Shown: positions 48,030 to 59,940, numbered from the whole stretch's first letter. The stretch is 63,977 bases of DNA, filler included, from Folioceros fuciformis (GCA_049999805.1; 14 parts of 14 records of this genome joined end to end with filler, not necessarily neighbours in it); one strand, 5' to 3'. Program-made: numbers and translations. Notes: generated from the sequence alone by a model not told the origin.

Positions 48030-49930
48030 ACACCCGCAGCTAACACCCGCAGCTAACATGTTCTTCTCATGAACAGACTTGGGAAGTGCTTTAGCAACAT
48101 TCTCACTAGTAAGAACATACTCAACATATACCTTCTTGGTGTCAGCTGCTTGACAAATAAAATGGAAAGTGGAGTGCTATCTCTATATGGTTTCTTCTCC
48201 AGAAGACAAGATTATGAGATAGAGCTATGGCTGATTGACTATCACATAGGAGTCGAGTTGGCCCAATTGAGAGCTGATGTAGGCCCTTCAAGAAGATTGG
48301 AATCCATAAAATCTCCTTCGCAGCTTGAGTCATTGCTTCATACTCTACTTCATAATATGTACTTGATAAACATATGGTGGGCAACTTTTTACTAGACCAT
48401 GAAACAACTGAACCACGAAGGAAACAGCAATACGCAGCTACACTCCTCCTAGTATTTGGGTCCCCAGCCCAGTCTCCATCCTCCTAGTCTTTGGGTCCCC
48501 AGCCCAGTCTGCATCCTCCTAGTCTTTGGGTCCCCAGCCCAATCTGCATCCTCCTAGTCTTTGGGTCCCCAACCCAGTCTGCATCCTCCTAGTATTTGCG
48601 TCCCCAGCCCAGTCTGCATCCTCCTAGTATTTGCGTCCCCAGCCCAGTTTGCATCCTCCTAGTATTTGCGTCCCCAGCCCAGTCTGCATCCTTCTCATAT
48701 TTGCGTCCCTAGCCCAGTCTGCATCCTCCTCATATTTGCGTCCCCAGCCCAGTTTGCATCCTCCTCATATTTGCGTCCCCAACCCAATCTCCATCCTCCT
48801 AGTATTTGGGTCCAAGCCTAGTTTGCATCCTCCTAGTATTTGGGTCCCCAGCCCAGTTGCATCACACTATGCAGACAGTCCTAATCCACCATGCTGTCTA
48901 GAGTACTTGAGACCTCTCCTAGGTGTCCCCTTAAGGTAAGGGAAAATTCTTTTTACAGCAATCTAGTGTTCCAAACTTGGATTCGCCATGGCTCACATTG
49001 TTGACAACCCTACTAATATATAACCGTGTCCATCCAGCTAGATATAACAAATAGCCTATTGCCTCTCTATATGGCTTCATAGCGATCTCTTCCTTCTTTG
49101 TCAAAGTAGTAGGTGAGTTCTTCTGGAAAGCTTCCCACCAACCACCATGGGGGTGGCCACAGGCTTGGCATCCTCCATTTGGAATCATTGCAAAAGTTGT
49201 TGTGCATAGCACTCTTGGTTTATGTCTATTGTGTGGTCAATATGATTGAAGTGAAATGGAACACCCAAGGAAACAGAAAGTTCACCCAAATCACTCATTT
49301 CAAATCTGGTTAGCAAGACTTTGTTTGATTTGTCCGTCAAAATTATTGAGGTACTGAAAAGGAAATTATCGTCAACATACACAAATAGGATTATAAAATC
49401 TTGGCCCTCATACATGATGTAAACACCGGAATAAGCACCCAAACACATGAAGCCTAGCTCAATCAGCATTGGTGAAACACTTCGTTCCAAGCTCTTGATG
49501 ATTGTTTGAGACCATTCAGGGTCTTGAGCAACTTCAATACCTTGTGAGGGTTTCTGATATATAACCTTTCGGCTGACCCATATATATGTCTTCCTCTAGT
49601 TGGCCATGCACAAAAGCAGTTTTTACATCTAGTTGGTGAACAGTCAGTTGAAACGGGCAGCAATTGCTAGTAGTATTCTAACGAAGGTTGCTTTTACTAT
49701 AGGAGCGAAAGTCTCATTGTAATCAAGACTAGGGACTTGATTATATCCTTTGGCTACTAACCTAGCCTTATACCTCCCCATACTACAATTTGTGTTTTAT
49801 TTTTTCTTGAACACCCATTTGCAAGCAACAAGCTTGCGATTGGGAGGGAGGGCAACTTCCTTCCAGATAAATTGGGTTTGTCCTCAAACTCTTATTTTGC
49901 CTTTTTCTCTAATCATATGGCATCGCACCA
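48030..49930 (-). mobile_element. Degenerate Ty1/Copia RT-RNase H
   Basis: CKWVFK, RLVAKGY, LNGLKQSSRAWN, VYVDD, FEMSDLG, PYREAIGYLLYL, WAGDPNTRRS, LLCDSQSAIALSHN. Confidence 0.92.
48446..48864. repeat. 35-bp minisatellite x ~12 derived from the Copia RNase H motif
   Basis: Unit CTCCTAGTATTTGGGTCCCCAGCCCAGTCTGCATC; its reverse complement reads DADWAGDPNTR. Confidence 0.95.
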
Positions 49931-50339
49931 CCCTCCAAAAATGCCGTCTATTGCAGGTGAAGGGTTTGAGAAGGCCAATAGTTATTGTTACCTGAATTTA
50001 CACACTTCTATTTTTTGTTGAAAGCGAACATTGATATAGGTGCACGTGAAAATTTCCAAACCAGCTATTTTTCTAGTAAACTACAGTACCAAGCCTTAGG
50101 TGCACAGAAGTGTGCACCCACCTACTTCCAGACATGCATTTCATCTAACGAAAGGTCTTATCCTTCGAATCGTGTAGATTTTGGTCTTTCAGTCTTGGGG
50201 ACAGTAATGTAGGGTTGTCTCTAGTTGGGTTNNNNNNNNNNNNNNNNNNNNNNNNNNNNNNNNNNNNNNNNNNNNTTAATTAATTAANNNNNNNNNNNNN
50301 NNNNNNNNNNNNNNNNNNNNNNNNNNNNNNNATACAATA

Positions 50340-50796
50340 GGACAGGAGTCCTATCCCGTTATTCCATGCTAATGTATTTAGAGCATAAGGCATGCTTTGA
50401 GCACTCTACTTTAACATTAAAAAAAGTGAAAAAATAATTTTTTTTAAGTAACATCATCGACTCCGTGTCCCAGGCAATTAAGACCAGGAGCACGTCCCCG
50501 ACCTGAAGGATGAGGTCACCAGTACACACCCAGAGAGGCGGACCAACCACCCCACCCCAAGATCCAACTACGAGCTTTTTAACTGCAACAACTTAAATAT
50601 ACGCTATTGAAGTTGGAATTACTATGGCTGCTGGCACCAAACTTGCCCTCCAATACATCCTCGTTAAGGGATTTAGATTGTACTCATTCCAATTACCAAA
50701 CTTGTAAAAGCCCAGTATTGTTATTTATTGCCACTACCTCCCCGTATTGGAATTGGGTAATTTGCGCACCTGCTGCCTTCCATGGATGTGGTAGCC
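50340..50796 (-). rRNA. 18S rRNA gene fragment (pseudogene)
   Basis: Reverse complement of conserved eukaryotic SSU tracts (TTATTCCATGCTAATGTAT, AACTACGAGCTTTTTAACTGCAACAAC, GATTGTACTCATTCCAATTAC), with substitutions in the otherwise invariant GTGCCAGCAGCCGCGGTAATTCCAGCT motif. Confidence 0.9.
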
Positions 50797-51726
50797 GCAC
50801 CAAACTTGCCCTCCAATAGATCCTCGTTAAGGGATTTAGATTGTACTCACTCCAATTACCAGATTTTTAAAAGCCCAATATTGTTATTTATTGTCACTAC
50901 CTTCCCGTGTCGGGATTGGGTATTTTGCACGCCTACTGCCTTCCTTGGATGTGGTAGCCGCACCAGACTTGCCCTCCAATAGATCTTCGTTACGGGATTT
51001 AGATTGTACTCATTCCAATTACCATACTTGTAAAAGACCAATATTGTTATTTATTGTCACTACCTCCCCGTGTTGGGATTGGGTAATTTGTGCGCCTGCT
51101 ACCTTCCTTTTCTTGGATGAGGCCATGGAGCCAAAGGTTGAACTTAAGACGGGATTTAGATTGTACTCATTCCAATTACCAGACTTGTAAAAGCCCAATA
51201 TTGTTATTTATGTGGAAAATTGGAAGATTAGTCTGAGTGGTCTTAGTAGCTTGCAGTTATCATGATGTAGGGGTACGCCTTCTGAGTGTTAAACTTTTGG
51301 GCTCGAAGTTGGCTTTCCCCTCTCTCATGGTACTCTCACCCTGTACATACGCAAGCAGGGGGTCCCCCTTTGTATTGTCTGTGGAAGATTCATTCCATCA
51401 ATTTAATCAGAATCCTTTTCTCGAAAAATTATATATTTTTATTTATTGTCACTACCTCCTCGTGTCGGGATTGGGTAATTTGTGCGCTTGCTGCCTTCCT
51501 TTTCTCGGATGAGTCAACGGAGCCAAAGGTTGAACTCAAGACGAGATTTAGATTGTACTCATTCTAATTATCAGACTTGTAAAAGCCCAATATTGTTATT
51601 TATTGTCACTACCTCCCCGTGTCAGGATTCGGTAATTTGCACACCTGCTACCTTCCTTGGATGTGGTAGGCATTTCTCGGACAAGTCAATGAATGAGTCA
51701 ATAGAGCCAAAGGTTGAACTCAAGAC
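50634..51726 (-). repeat. Tandem array of a ~163-bp 18S rDNA segment (5 full or partial copies)
   Basis: Copies start at 50634, 50797 and 50960 (period 163). Further copies at about 51151 and 51543 each follow a ~43-bp non-rDNA linker. Confidence 0.92.
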
Positions 51727-51753
51727 CTCCTGTCTAGAAAACTTAATTCCAAC

Positions 51754-52125
51754 CACTACAAGAACAACAATTCCATTCCTATTCATTCTACTGTTATTGA
51801 TAAAGAAAAAAATGCATGGGCGTTAGGGAGAGTGCGCTAGTTTACCGGCGCACTCTGATGTCAGTGCGAAGTGTGTCGGTAGATCAGCGCACTCTGATGT
51901 TACTGCGAAGTGTGTCGGTAGACCGGCACACTCTGATGTCAGTGTGAAGTGTGTCGGTAGGCCGGCGCACTCTGATGTCAGTGCGAAGTGTGTCGGTAGA
52001 TCAGCGCACTCTGATGTTACTGCGAAGTGTGTCGGTAGACCGGCACACTCTGATGTCAGTGTGAAGTGTGTCGGTAGGCCGGCGCACTCTGATGTCAGTG
52101 CGAAGTGTGTCGGTAGATCAGCGCA
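51754..52125. mobile_element. CACTA/En-Spm transposon end: TIR plus subterminal repeats
   Basis: CACTACAAGAA at 51754, followed from 51845 by 39-bp units with internal inverted motifs (CCGGCGCACT / AGTGTGTCGG). Confidence 0.82.
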
Positions 52126-52525
52126 NNNNNNNNNNNNNNNNNNNNNNNNNNNNNNNNNNNNNNNNNNNNTTAATTAATTAANNNNNNNNNNNNNNNNNNN
52201 NNNNNNNNNNNNNNNNNNNNNNNNNAGGTGGAACCCGTCGGCAATCAGTGCCCGAGGTTTTGCCTCCACAAATGACCAAAAAATCAAGGAAAATTAGGGA
52301 AAATAAGTTGAAAAAGAAAACCAAACCATACCACTATTAACCCTTTTTCAACCAAAACAAACTACTACCCCAAACTTTGGAGGTTCACATCAGACCCGGG
52401 ACACGGGGGTACAAAGAACTAAGGGCTCCTCTAATGAGACTCTCTCGATTCCTGGACAGGGGCCTCCTCGCTTCTGGTAGTCGGACCCCACAATCGCGAG
52501 ATGTCTCGGCACATCCCCGCTTACA

Positions 52526-53045
52526 CAAACCCCTAAACTCGAAGAACATGGGCTGATTGCATGGGAAACGAACGCTGGACGGGCGTGCAACCTCTATAGA
52601 TAAAACGCATAACCCATTCCTTGGATTTCTACTCCGTTCAGGTCACCATCATGCATCGTGTATCATGTATATTGTCGAACTTGTCCAAATCGCGATTTTC
52701 GATGCCCGGTGAGAACAATGGGGTACTAGACTCTAGGTCTCGTGGGTTTCTTCTAATACACAAGTTTCTTCTAATACTGACTCTTGCCTAGGTCAGGCCT
52801 TATCCCCTACCGATTCTACTACCTGCTATCGGACCTAGAGTCTAGTACCCCATCGTTCTCACCCGGCATAGGAAATCGCAATTTGGACAAGTCCGACACA
52901 TACACCATACGCGGTGCATGATGGTGACCCAAACGGAGTAGAAATCCAAGCAAGGGGCTACGCGTTGTGCCTATGGAGCTTGCACGCCCGTCCCACGTTC
53001 GTTTCCACATGCAATCAGCCCATGTTCTTCGAGTTTAGGGGTTTG
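52526..53045. repeat. Long inverted repeat: ~214-bp arms (52526-52739 / 52832-53045) with a ~92-bp spacer
   Basis: The arms align end to end as reverse complements with scattered mismatches. Confidence 0.9.
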
Positions 53046-53533
53046 GATCCCATAGCTAGCCCAGGCACGTACATGCGCATGGCACAAGTTTATCAGTTGG
53101 CGCTGCGCTAGGAGAGGGCACCGTGGCTAGCGGAGGAGGCGAGTGAATGCGAAAGGCATCCTACGCTTCAACGACTAGGCACCTCACCTAAACTATAGCT
53201 GGCCAACTGCTCCATCAAGAGCGCCATTCGTGCACGTGTGCGCAGTTGGTGCCGTGCACCAACCTCATCTCGGACACGGCCGTTCGTAGTACACCTTGGA
53301 CCAAAGATTGCTCCTTGGCCCTCGAAATTTGGGAGGTGTAGAGGGAAAAAACTTTTGACACTCCTATTTTGAGTGACAAAATGAGCAGGCTGCGATTTTT
53401 TGTGAAGGAACGAGCAAATCGGCTTAATATGCGAATAAGATGGGGGTAAAAATGGCCTTGGTCTTTGGGTGTTTGGGATACCGAAGACCACGATTTGGAA
53501 GTGAGTGAGTGAGGGTGTCCTTGGGCCTTGGTG

Positions 53534-53582
53534 GTTCGGGGGCATTTAGGAGGTTATATATACCTCCTAAATGCCCCCGAAC
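53534..53582. repeat. Perfect 21-bp hairpin with TATATAT loop
   Basis: GTTCGGGGGCATTTAGGAGGT-TATATAT-ACCTCCTAAATGCCCCCGAAC. Confidence 0.92.
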
Positions 53583-53589
53583 TAGGCCA

Positions 53590-54658
53590 AGATGGACTAG
53601 GAGAGGCAGAATTTGACCCTGCCCTCTCCTCAGCCCTCGATGATTTCCCCGTTTCTAGTGCATATTTATAGTTATGCTAGCCTGGTGTCGGAACTGGAGG
53701 TGTTGGCTTCACTGCACATGTGGAGGCCAATCAGGGATGTAAAATGAAAGCCTGCTGAGCTAGTGAAGGCTGACTTCAGCAGTTGGGTGTCGGGGAGTGG
53801 GGACAGCTCGGAGGGGGAGGTTCCCGTCAGGCCTAAGAAGAGGATAGCAGCTCAGGGGAAGACCCTTGCCAAAAGGAGATGGGTCAGCGGGCAGAGCACG
53901 AGAGGAGGGAGTAGGCCGGAGACAGCCCTAGAGCAAACCGAAGGTCACACAAAGGAGTAGGCTGTACAAGAACAGGAGGTAGAACAAGAGCTCGCTAATC
54001 AGGGGGTTATGGATCAAGGACTGGAAGAGCAAGGGCAGGATGAAGCAGGGCTGGAGGGGTCTCAGGAGCATACGTTAGCCGCCGAGTTAATTCCTCCCAG
54101 GCATGAGAGCGAATTAGGGCACGTTTCCGCGCAAGGAGCTTTTTCAGGATGGGAGGAAATCTTTAGGAGCATTCCTCAGAAGGATAGGCTGCAGGTGGGA
54201 GACCTTGAGAAGCTGAGGGAGTTTCTGGGCAAGCAGATTACGGCAAGAGGAATGAATGTTGGAGAAACGCAGGAGGTGGATCTGCCAGGGCTGACTGCCG
54301 CGATGGTACAGGCCTAAGCAAATCTCCTGGACCAGGCTGCTAGGGCACTGACCTGACTGAGTGTGCAGGCGGAACGGGAAGCCGAGGCCCGAGGGAAGGA
54401 AGCAGAGGCATGCCAGCGGGAGGCTGAAGCGCGGAGGCGACTAGCAGAATCAGAGGCGGCGCGACAACAGCCGGAGGAGAGACAGCGAGTCGTGGATAAA
54501 GAGAGGGCACAGGCACAGGCTGAGGAAGAGGCACGCTAGGCGAAGGCCGAGGTCCAAGTGCTAAGGGAGCAATAGGCGATCCTACTAGCTCAGGTGAGGG
54601 AGGCCCATGAGACTAACCTGGAGATACAGCAGGAGATGGCCAAGGCGCAAGAGCTGGA
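53590..54658 (+). pseudogene. Decayed acidic/coiled-coil ORF, probably a retrotransposon accessory ORF
   Basis: E/Q/R/A-rich frame (EREAEARGKEAEACQREAEARRRLAESE...) broken by TAG/TAA stops; no catalytic motif seen. Confidence 0.45.
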
Positions 54659-57582
54659 NNNNNNNNNNNNNNNNNNNNNNNNNNNNNNNNNNNNNNNNNN
54701 NNTTAATTAATTAANNNNNNNNNNNNNNNNNNNNNNNNNNNNNNNNNNNNNNNNNNNNGAACCTGGAGGGGGCTGTGTATCATAACTCTGATCAAAGCGA
54801 TCGACCAGGTTCACAAAGCCAGGAGTGACGAGGAGGTCCTGCACGACATATCTGCGTGCACATGCTGACGTGCAAAAATCCTCGGCATACCGGAGTACTA
54901 CGTCTTGATAAACTCAACCGAACATAGACTCTCTTACACTACTTCAGCAGGCCTGGGAATCCTTGCAGCTTTGCTCTCGCTGCTGGGCTCAGTGTGCAGG
55001 AACAAAATAAATAAATACAGCTGAATCAATTGTAAGTGCAAGCCACCGACAGGTGACAGGCCACATTCCACGTTTCTGCGCAGATCTTGTTGACAGGTAT
55101 GAGGATCCTCTATGTTTCCAGTCCAGACGAGAGCTGCTCAAGAATCGGGACCAGCAATTTCCCTTCCGGCCTCCAAGTGTGCTGCACGACTTTGGCTCTG
55201 CACATCTCTGCATGACATCCGTCTCCCACTGCCGCCATTGGACATTTCTTTCGTCAGCATCAACCAAGTGACCCTTAACACCCCGCGTCTCGTACCTTAC
55301 AGTGCAGGTTAAGTAAACCTGTGATCCGAAATGGGCATGGTCAGCAATTTCAATGCCATGGTTTGGTAGCAGATATGCGTGTGGAAGTCCTTCAAGGATT
55401 TTGCACACCCGATGCGATGCGATGGTAGGGTCTGGTAAGCTGGCTACTCCTTGGGCTCCTAACCGACGCTCAAGATTGCTGGTTGCTGATTGTTGAGCAG
55501 TTCCAAAAGATGCGGGTAGAGGTCGCTGGCAGTTCCTGTTAGATGCATCTTGGAGGACAGTTCCACAGTTGTGGTGGAACTGCGTCATTAGCCAGCCTAC
55601 TTCTTGAACTGAAGTCAGTGCGTTCTCATGAGCCATGAGCTGCGACACGATGTGTTTGTGCTCCAAGTCCTAATGCAAGCCTGAGGCAGCTTGGTCATTC
55701 CTGGTCCATTTGTTACAGAAATCCACGCCGTTTGTTCCGCATACTAGGTTTATCCATAATGGACTCTGCTTTTTGTGGTGGTGATCTTTGCCTGGCCTTG
55801 CCGGTCGGTTTGACATGTGGTGTTTGACTCGTTGATCTGCTGTATTGTGGCCCCGTAGCAATACATTTCTTGCTGATCATGAGGCTGTGACTGGAGTTTC
55901 CTCTTGTTGACTTGCCTGCCATATGATGATGCCAATTGAGGACGAACATTACCTGGTTGGTGTATCCCCTAATCAAGGATCGATGTCTAAGAAGAGATCC
56001 TGACCCAGAAGCAACTCCCATGCGCGTCGAGGTGTCGGAGCGTGTTTATCAAGATATTGCAGAGACTATTATGGGGTATTTGGCCGCAGACCAGCAGAGA
56101 AGCCAATATGGAGTTTGTACAGAGTGGTGCTCACACCTCAAGTCCGCAAAGTTCAAGGAACAAAGCGCCTCAAGGGCACTCGTTCACCATGGTCAATGTT
56201 TGTTACGGGCTGGCAGTGCATCTAAACACCTGGTGAAAGTAGATCACCCAATTAGGATCGATCTGAGCTTCGTTCCTCCCAAGTATTGGCCGCCACTGAC
56301 AAATTATCCTACTTTTCCGTCACCGTGGGATATTAGCTTTGGCGTGTCCTATTCTCTAACCATTTATGTCTAAGGCGTACCACATGCCACATGGAATTAG
56401 GCACTATTTAGCCACGGTGAACTTGACAAAGAGAGTATATATGGAGTTGCCTTTCCTGCCTGAAGGCCAATCTTTCGTAGGCTCACAAGCTTCATGCATG
56501 AGAGCCATGCAACCTTGAGAGTCTTGGATCCAGTTTGAAATAAATTTTAGATTGAGTGGTAGCAAGCCTTTAACTTAGAGCTGAAGAAAGGTTCCCTTAA
56601 GGCAATTTCTTTACAAGGAAGGTAAGCCTCCATGAAAGGGGATGAGGCTAGGCTTAGAGATCATTTTGCCATGGGAGTTCCCTAGCCTAGAGTCTTCATC
56701 CTAGCCTTTAGAGTTTGGGACCCAAAGGCCTTAGGAGTATACTCATGAGGATAGAACTAGGTGCATAAACGTTGTGGGAGGCTATAGTGCGATGCACTAC
56801 AAGATCTTTTGAGGATGACATCAAGTGGAGAGAGCTAAGGTCCTACCTTAGGCGAAGATGGTAAGTTTTCTAACCTCTTTGTATTCTTGTTGGCTCATGT
56901 GCAATTCAAAGAGCAACTGAAAAAAAGTATTGATTGGAAGACTCAATTCTCTTCTAGGAGGATGATGGGCTACTTCGAGGCCTTCTGTTGGCGTTGTTCT
57001 GATTGTGGCCTCCAAGTGCTTTGTTGGTTAAGCTTACTTTCACTTCTAATTACTTTCTTCATTCCTAGTGCTTTGTTAGTTAAGCTTACTATCACTTCTA
57101 ATTACTTGCTTTGTTCCTAGTGCTTGGCATGGGGTGTTATTAAATGAAAGATAATTTTGTTTTATCAAAACATATTGAATATCTATCATTATCTAGTCTA
57201 CACACCACTTAAACGTTCTTGTAGATGTGCTTATCTTACATAAACTTAGTATGGTATCAATGTTAACCATGGTGATCCACCTATGGCCTAGGTGATACTA
57301 GTTGGTGGCGAGTGACTTTTGACACTTGGTCTGAATATTGATTTGGCAATGCCAGGGTACTATCTTGGACAATGCTATTGGGTGCTGCAAATGGAAAGGA
57401 TTTGGTATGGAGGTAGCATTATTGGGTGTTGCAAATGGAAAGGATTTGGTATGGAGGTAGCATGCGCATAGTACGGGCACAAGATTTCAAGTTAAGAAAA
57501 CAATTGCAAAAGCCTACAAGATCGTTGGCATTTTGGGCCTTTTTGCGTCCTTGAATAACACCTTGAGAGGAGGCTAAGGCTA

Positions 57583-59130
57583 ATGGATGGTGCGGAGAAG
57601 ATGATGGCTAGGGAACATGCAGAGGGTGATGGGGAGAGATCTCAAGTGGAGAAGGAGATTGCAAGAGCCTCCGAGAAAGTTGGAAATATGAGCCTTGATG
57701 TGTCCTTGAACAAGGACATAGTGTTGCATTACAAAGATAGAGTGAGGAGAATGGGATTAACAGATGGTGCAAAAAAGGTGACTGTGGAGGAGCTGGTCCA
57801 AGAGACTATTGAATGGAGCAACTTGCCTCATGAAATTATCACCGGCATCATAGCAATGTTGCCAATGGTGAACCAAGCCTTGTTGCGAGCATTGTGGATT
57901 GAAGAGTGGAGGAGGAATTACGGGTCATGTTCCTCGTTGTTGAAGGAGCAGCAATTGTTGGGGGTGAGAGAACATGTGTTGTGGGTGGTGGACAACTCAC
58001 CACCGGTACCCAACTCTAGTTTTAGTACCAAGAGGTCATGTATCTATGACCCAACTTCCGACCGCTGGCACAAGCTCCAAGACTTGCACATGTATAGCCA
58101 CTCTTGCAATTCAAATTTGTCCTTCCCCAAAGTATGTAGAAGTGGTGCAGCACTAGTGTCTGCCGATACCCATATCTGCAAGTCCAAGATTAGGGGCAAC
58201 CCAGTTGGGTTGTTGTACGTGGGAAACCATGTGGCAAGCTCATGGACCTACTTGCCGGCGTTGCCAAATGATCCTATCTCATGTGACTTTGGAGTGGGGC
58301 ATGTGCGAGGTATGTTAGTGGATGCTAAGGCGCGCTATTTTAAGCTAGTGGTGATGAGGGATTATGGGAATCTCATGCGAACTTTCGTCTTTGATTCTCA
58401 GCTCAAGAAGTGGAAGGTAACAGCCATTACCGGATACATAGGAAAGTTGTTGACCATGTATGACACCATGTACAAACCACCCTACCAAGATGGCGTGGTC
58501 ATGGGAAATGTGCTTTATTGCCTCTCCCCTCTTGGCGACATAGTGGCCTATCATTTGGAGAAAGGTAGGTGGGATAGGCTCAACACACACTATCCTAGAA
58601 ATAACATTGATGCAAATGGGAATGTATGGTACACTCATTCGTGCCATGGGCCCATCGTTGTGCGGGAGAAACTATTGTGCTTGGAAGTAAATGTGCATCA
58701 TATGCGGAGTCTGGAGGAAGAAAAGTTGCAAATTTAACTTTGGGACTGGGGTTTTGAGAGGTTGGTGTGGATAAACGTGGCCACCATGCCTATTGCCATG
58801 CTTAGCCCCTTATATGCCATGCTCAATCCCTTGTATACCACGCTCGACCCTTTAGAAGCCTTACTAACAAGATCCGAACCCCATTACCCGGGATGGGCGA
58901 TTGACAATTGTTTTCTTAAGAGTTTTGGTAAAATCAAGATGGTGGCAAGCCAAGACCAAGTTTATATCATGTTGACCACACTCGAGGACAAGATGTTGGC
59001 TGTAAATTTGCGATACATGCCACCTTATTAGAGATGGCTTCCCCCCTATCCCTATGAGCAAGTTGAAAAAAAAGAGTCTTCAATGTGTAGATCCTTGCCT
59101 AGAATTCAATGGCTAGATTTAGCACCATTA
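57583..59130 (+). pseudogene. F-box (kelch-like) gene with premature stops
   Basis: EWSNLPHEIITGIIAMLP (F-box), IYDPTSDRWHKL, VGNHVASSWTYLPALP, VFDSQLKKWK, GVVMGNVLYCL. The frame continues past TAA 58735 (LWDWGFERLVWINVATMP) and TAG 59029. Confidence 0.75.
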
Positions 59131-59739
59131 ACATTGCAGCTATAGTCTAGTCTAGGGTCGATGTGAGGAAGAATTACTTGCAACTGGCGTGGTTGGAGAA
59201 TAAAAAGAATATCTCCTTGTTATCTGAAGAATAGGAGGTGACCTTAATATACTCATCACTCAAAATATCTCCACAGCATTAAGCAGATTAGGATCATCAT
59301 TGGTAGACCAAGGCTTTGTTGTTGTTTGTTTGCTGAACGCTCTTGATGTTGTTGAGGACAGCAAATCGTTTTTTAGGAAGAAGGTGGATAGCAAGCAGGC
59401 TATCTTAGGCTTTATAAGGTCGACGAGGATGCACAATTCTTCTATTTTTCCTCTCTAGCTCTCTTAGCATGAAAATTCTTGTGGTTGTTTCTTCTTGCCA
59501 TGTTGTATCTTCATATGACATAATAAAGGAAAAATGTCTTTTAATGAATATGAAGGTTAATCATAAAAGAATCCAAACTATTTTATTAGTAAAATGTGTT
59601 TGGTTGAATATAAGAAAAATTATGAACAAGTATAAAATAGCTTCTTATTACAAGTACCAAAAGCATGGAAAGACATTGCACATTAGCATAACATCTAAAA
59701 TAACATCATAATGCATGATGAACTTAGTATTCAAACTAT

Positions 59740-59940
59740 GCTCTGATACCAAGTTTGAGGTGCTTTGCGGAAGCGTTTGATCAAAGTTTAGTGCTTTACT
59801 AATTTTATGCAACTGATTACAAGAGGTGGGCTTTTATAGTTGTGTATGAAGAGTTGTACCTCTTCGGTACAAGATACCGTATGACAATGCTAGGTTAAGC
59901 TAAGCTAACCATAACCAACGAGGTCTGTACTTCTAACTAT
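59740..59940 (-). mobile_element. tRNA-iMet PBS (TGGTATCAGAGC, 59751..59740) and adjacent probable 5' LTR
   Basis: Perfect PBS 12-mer, with a CGCTTCCGCA U5-like motif just upstream on the minus strand. The LTR boundary is approximate. Confidence 0.65.

Noticed and set aside
48446-48864. 35-bp repeat as a CRISPR array
   Set aside because: The units are contiguous with no unique spacers, no cas genes are present, and the unit is Copia RNase H sequence.
50340-51680. Functional rDNA unit or contaminant 18S gene
   Set aside because: Fragmentary, internally duplicated, mutated at invariant positions and flanked by TE sequence.
51845-52125. Palindromic 39-bp repeat as a CRISPR array or coding repeat (ORF 51944-52177)
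   Set aside because: No spacers. It is better explained as CACTA subterminal repeats; the ORF is a by-product of a unit length divisible by 3.
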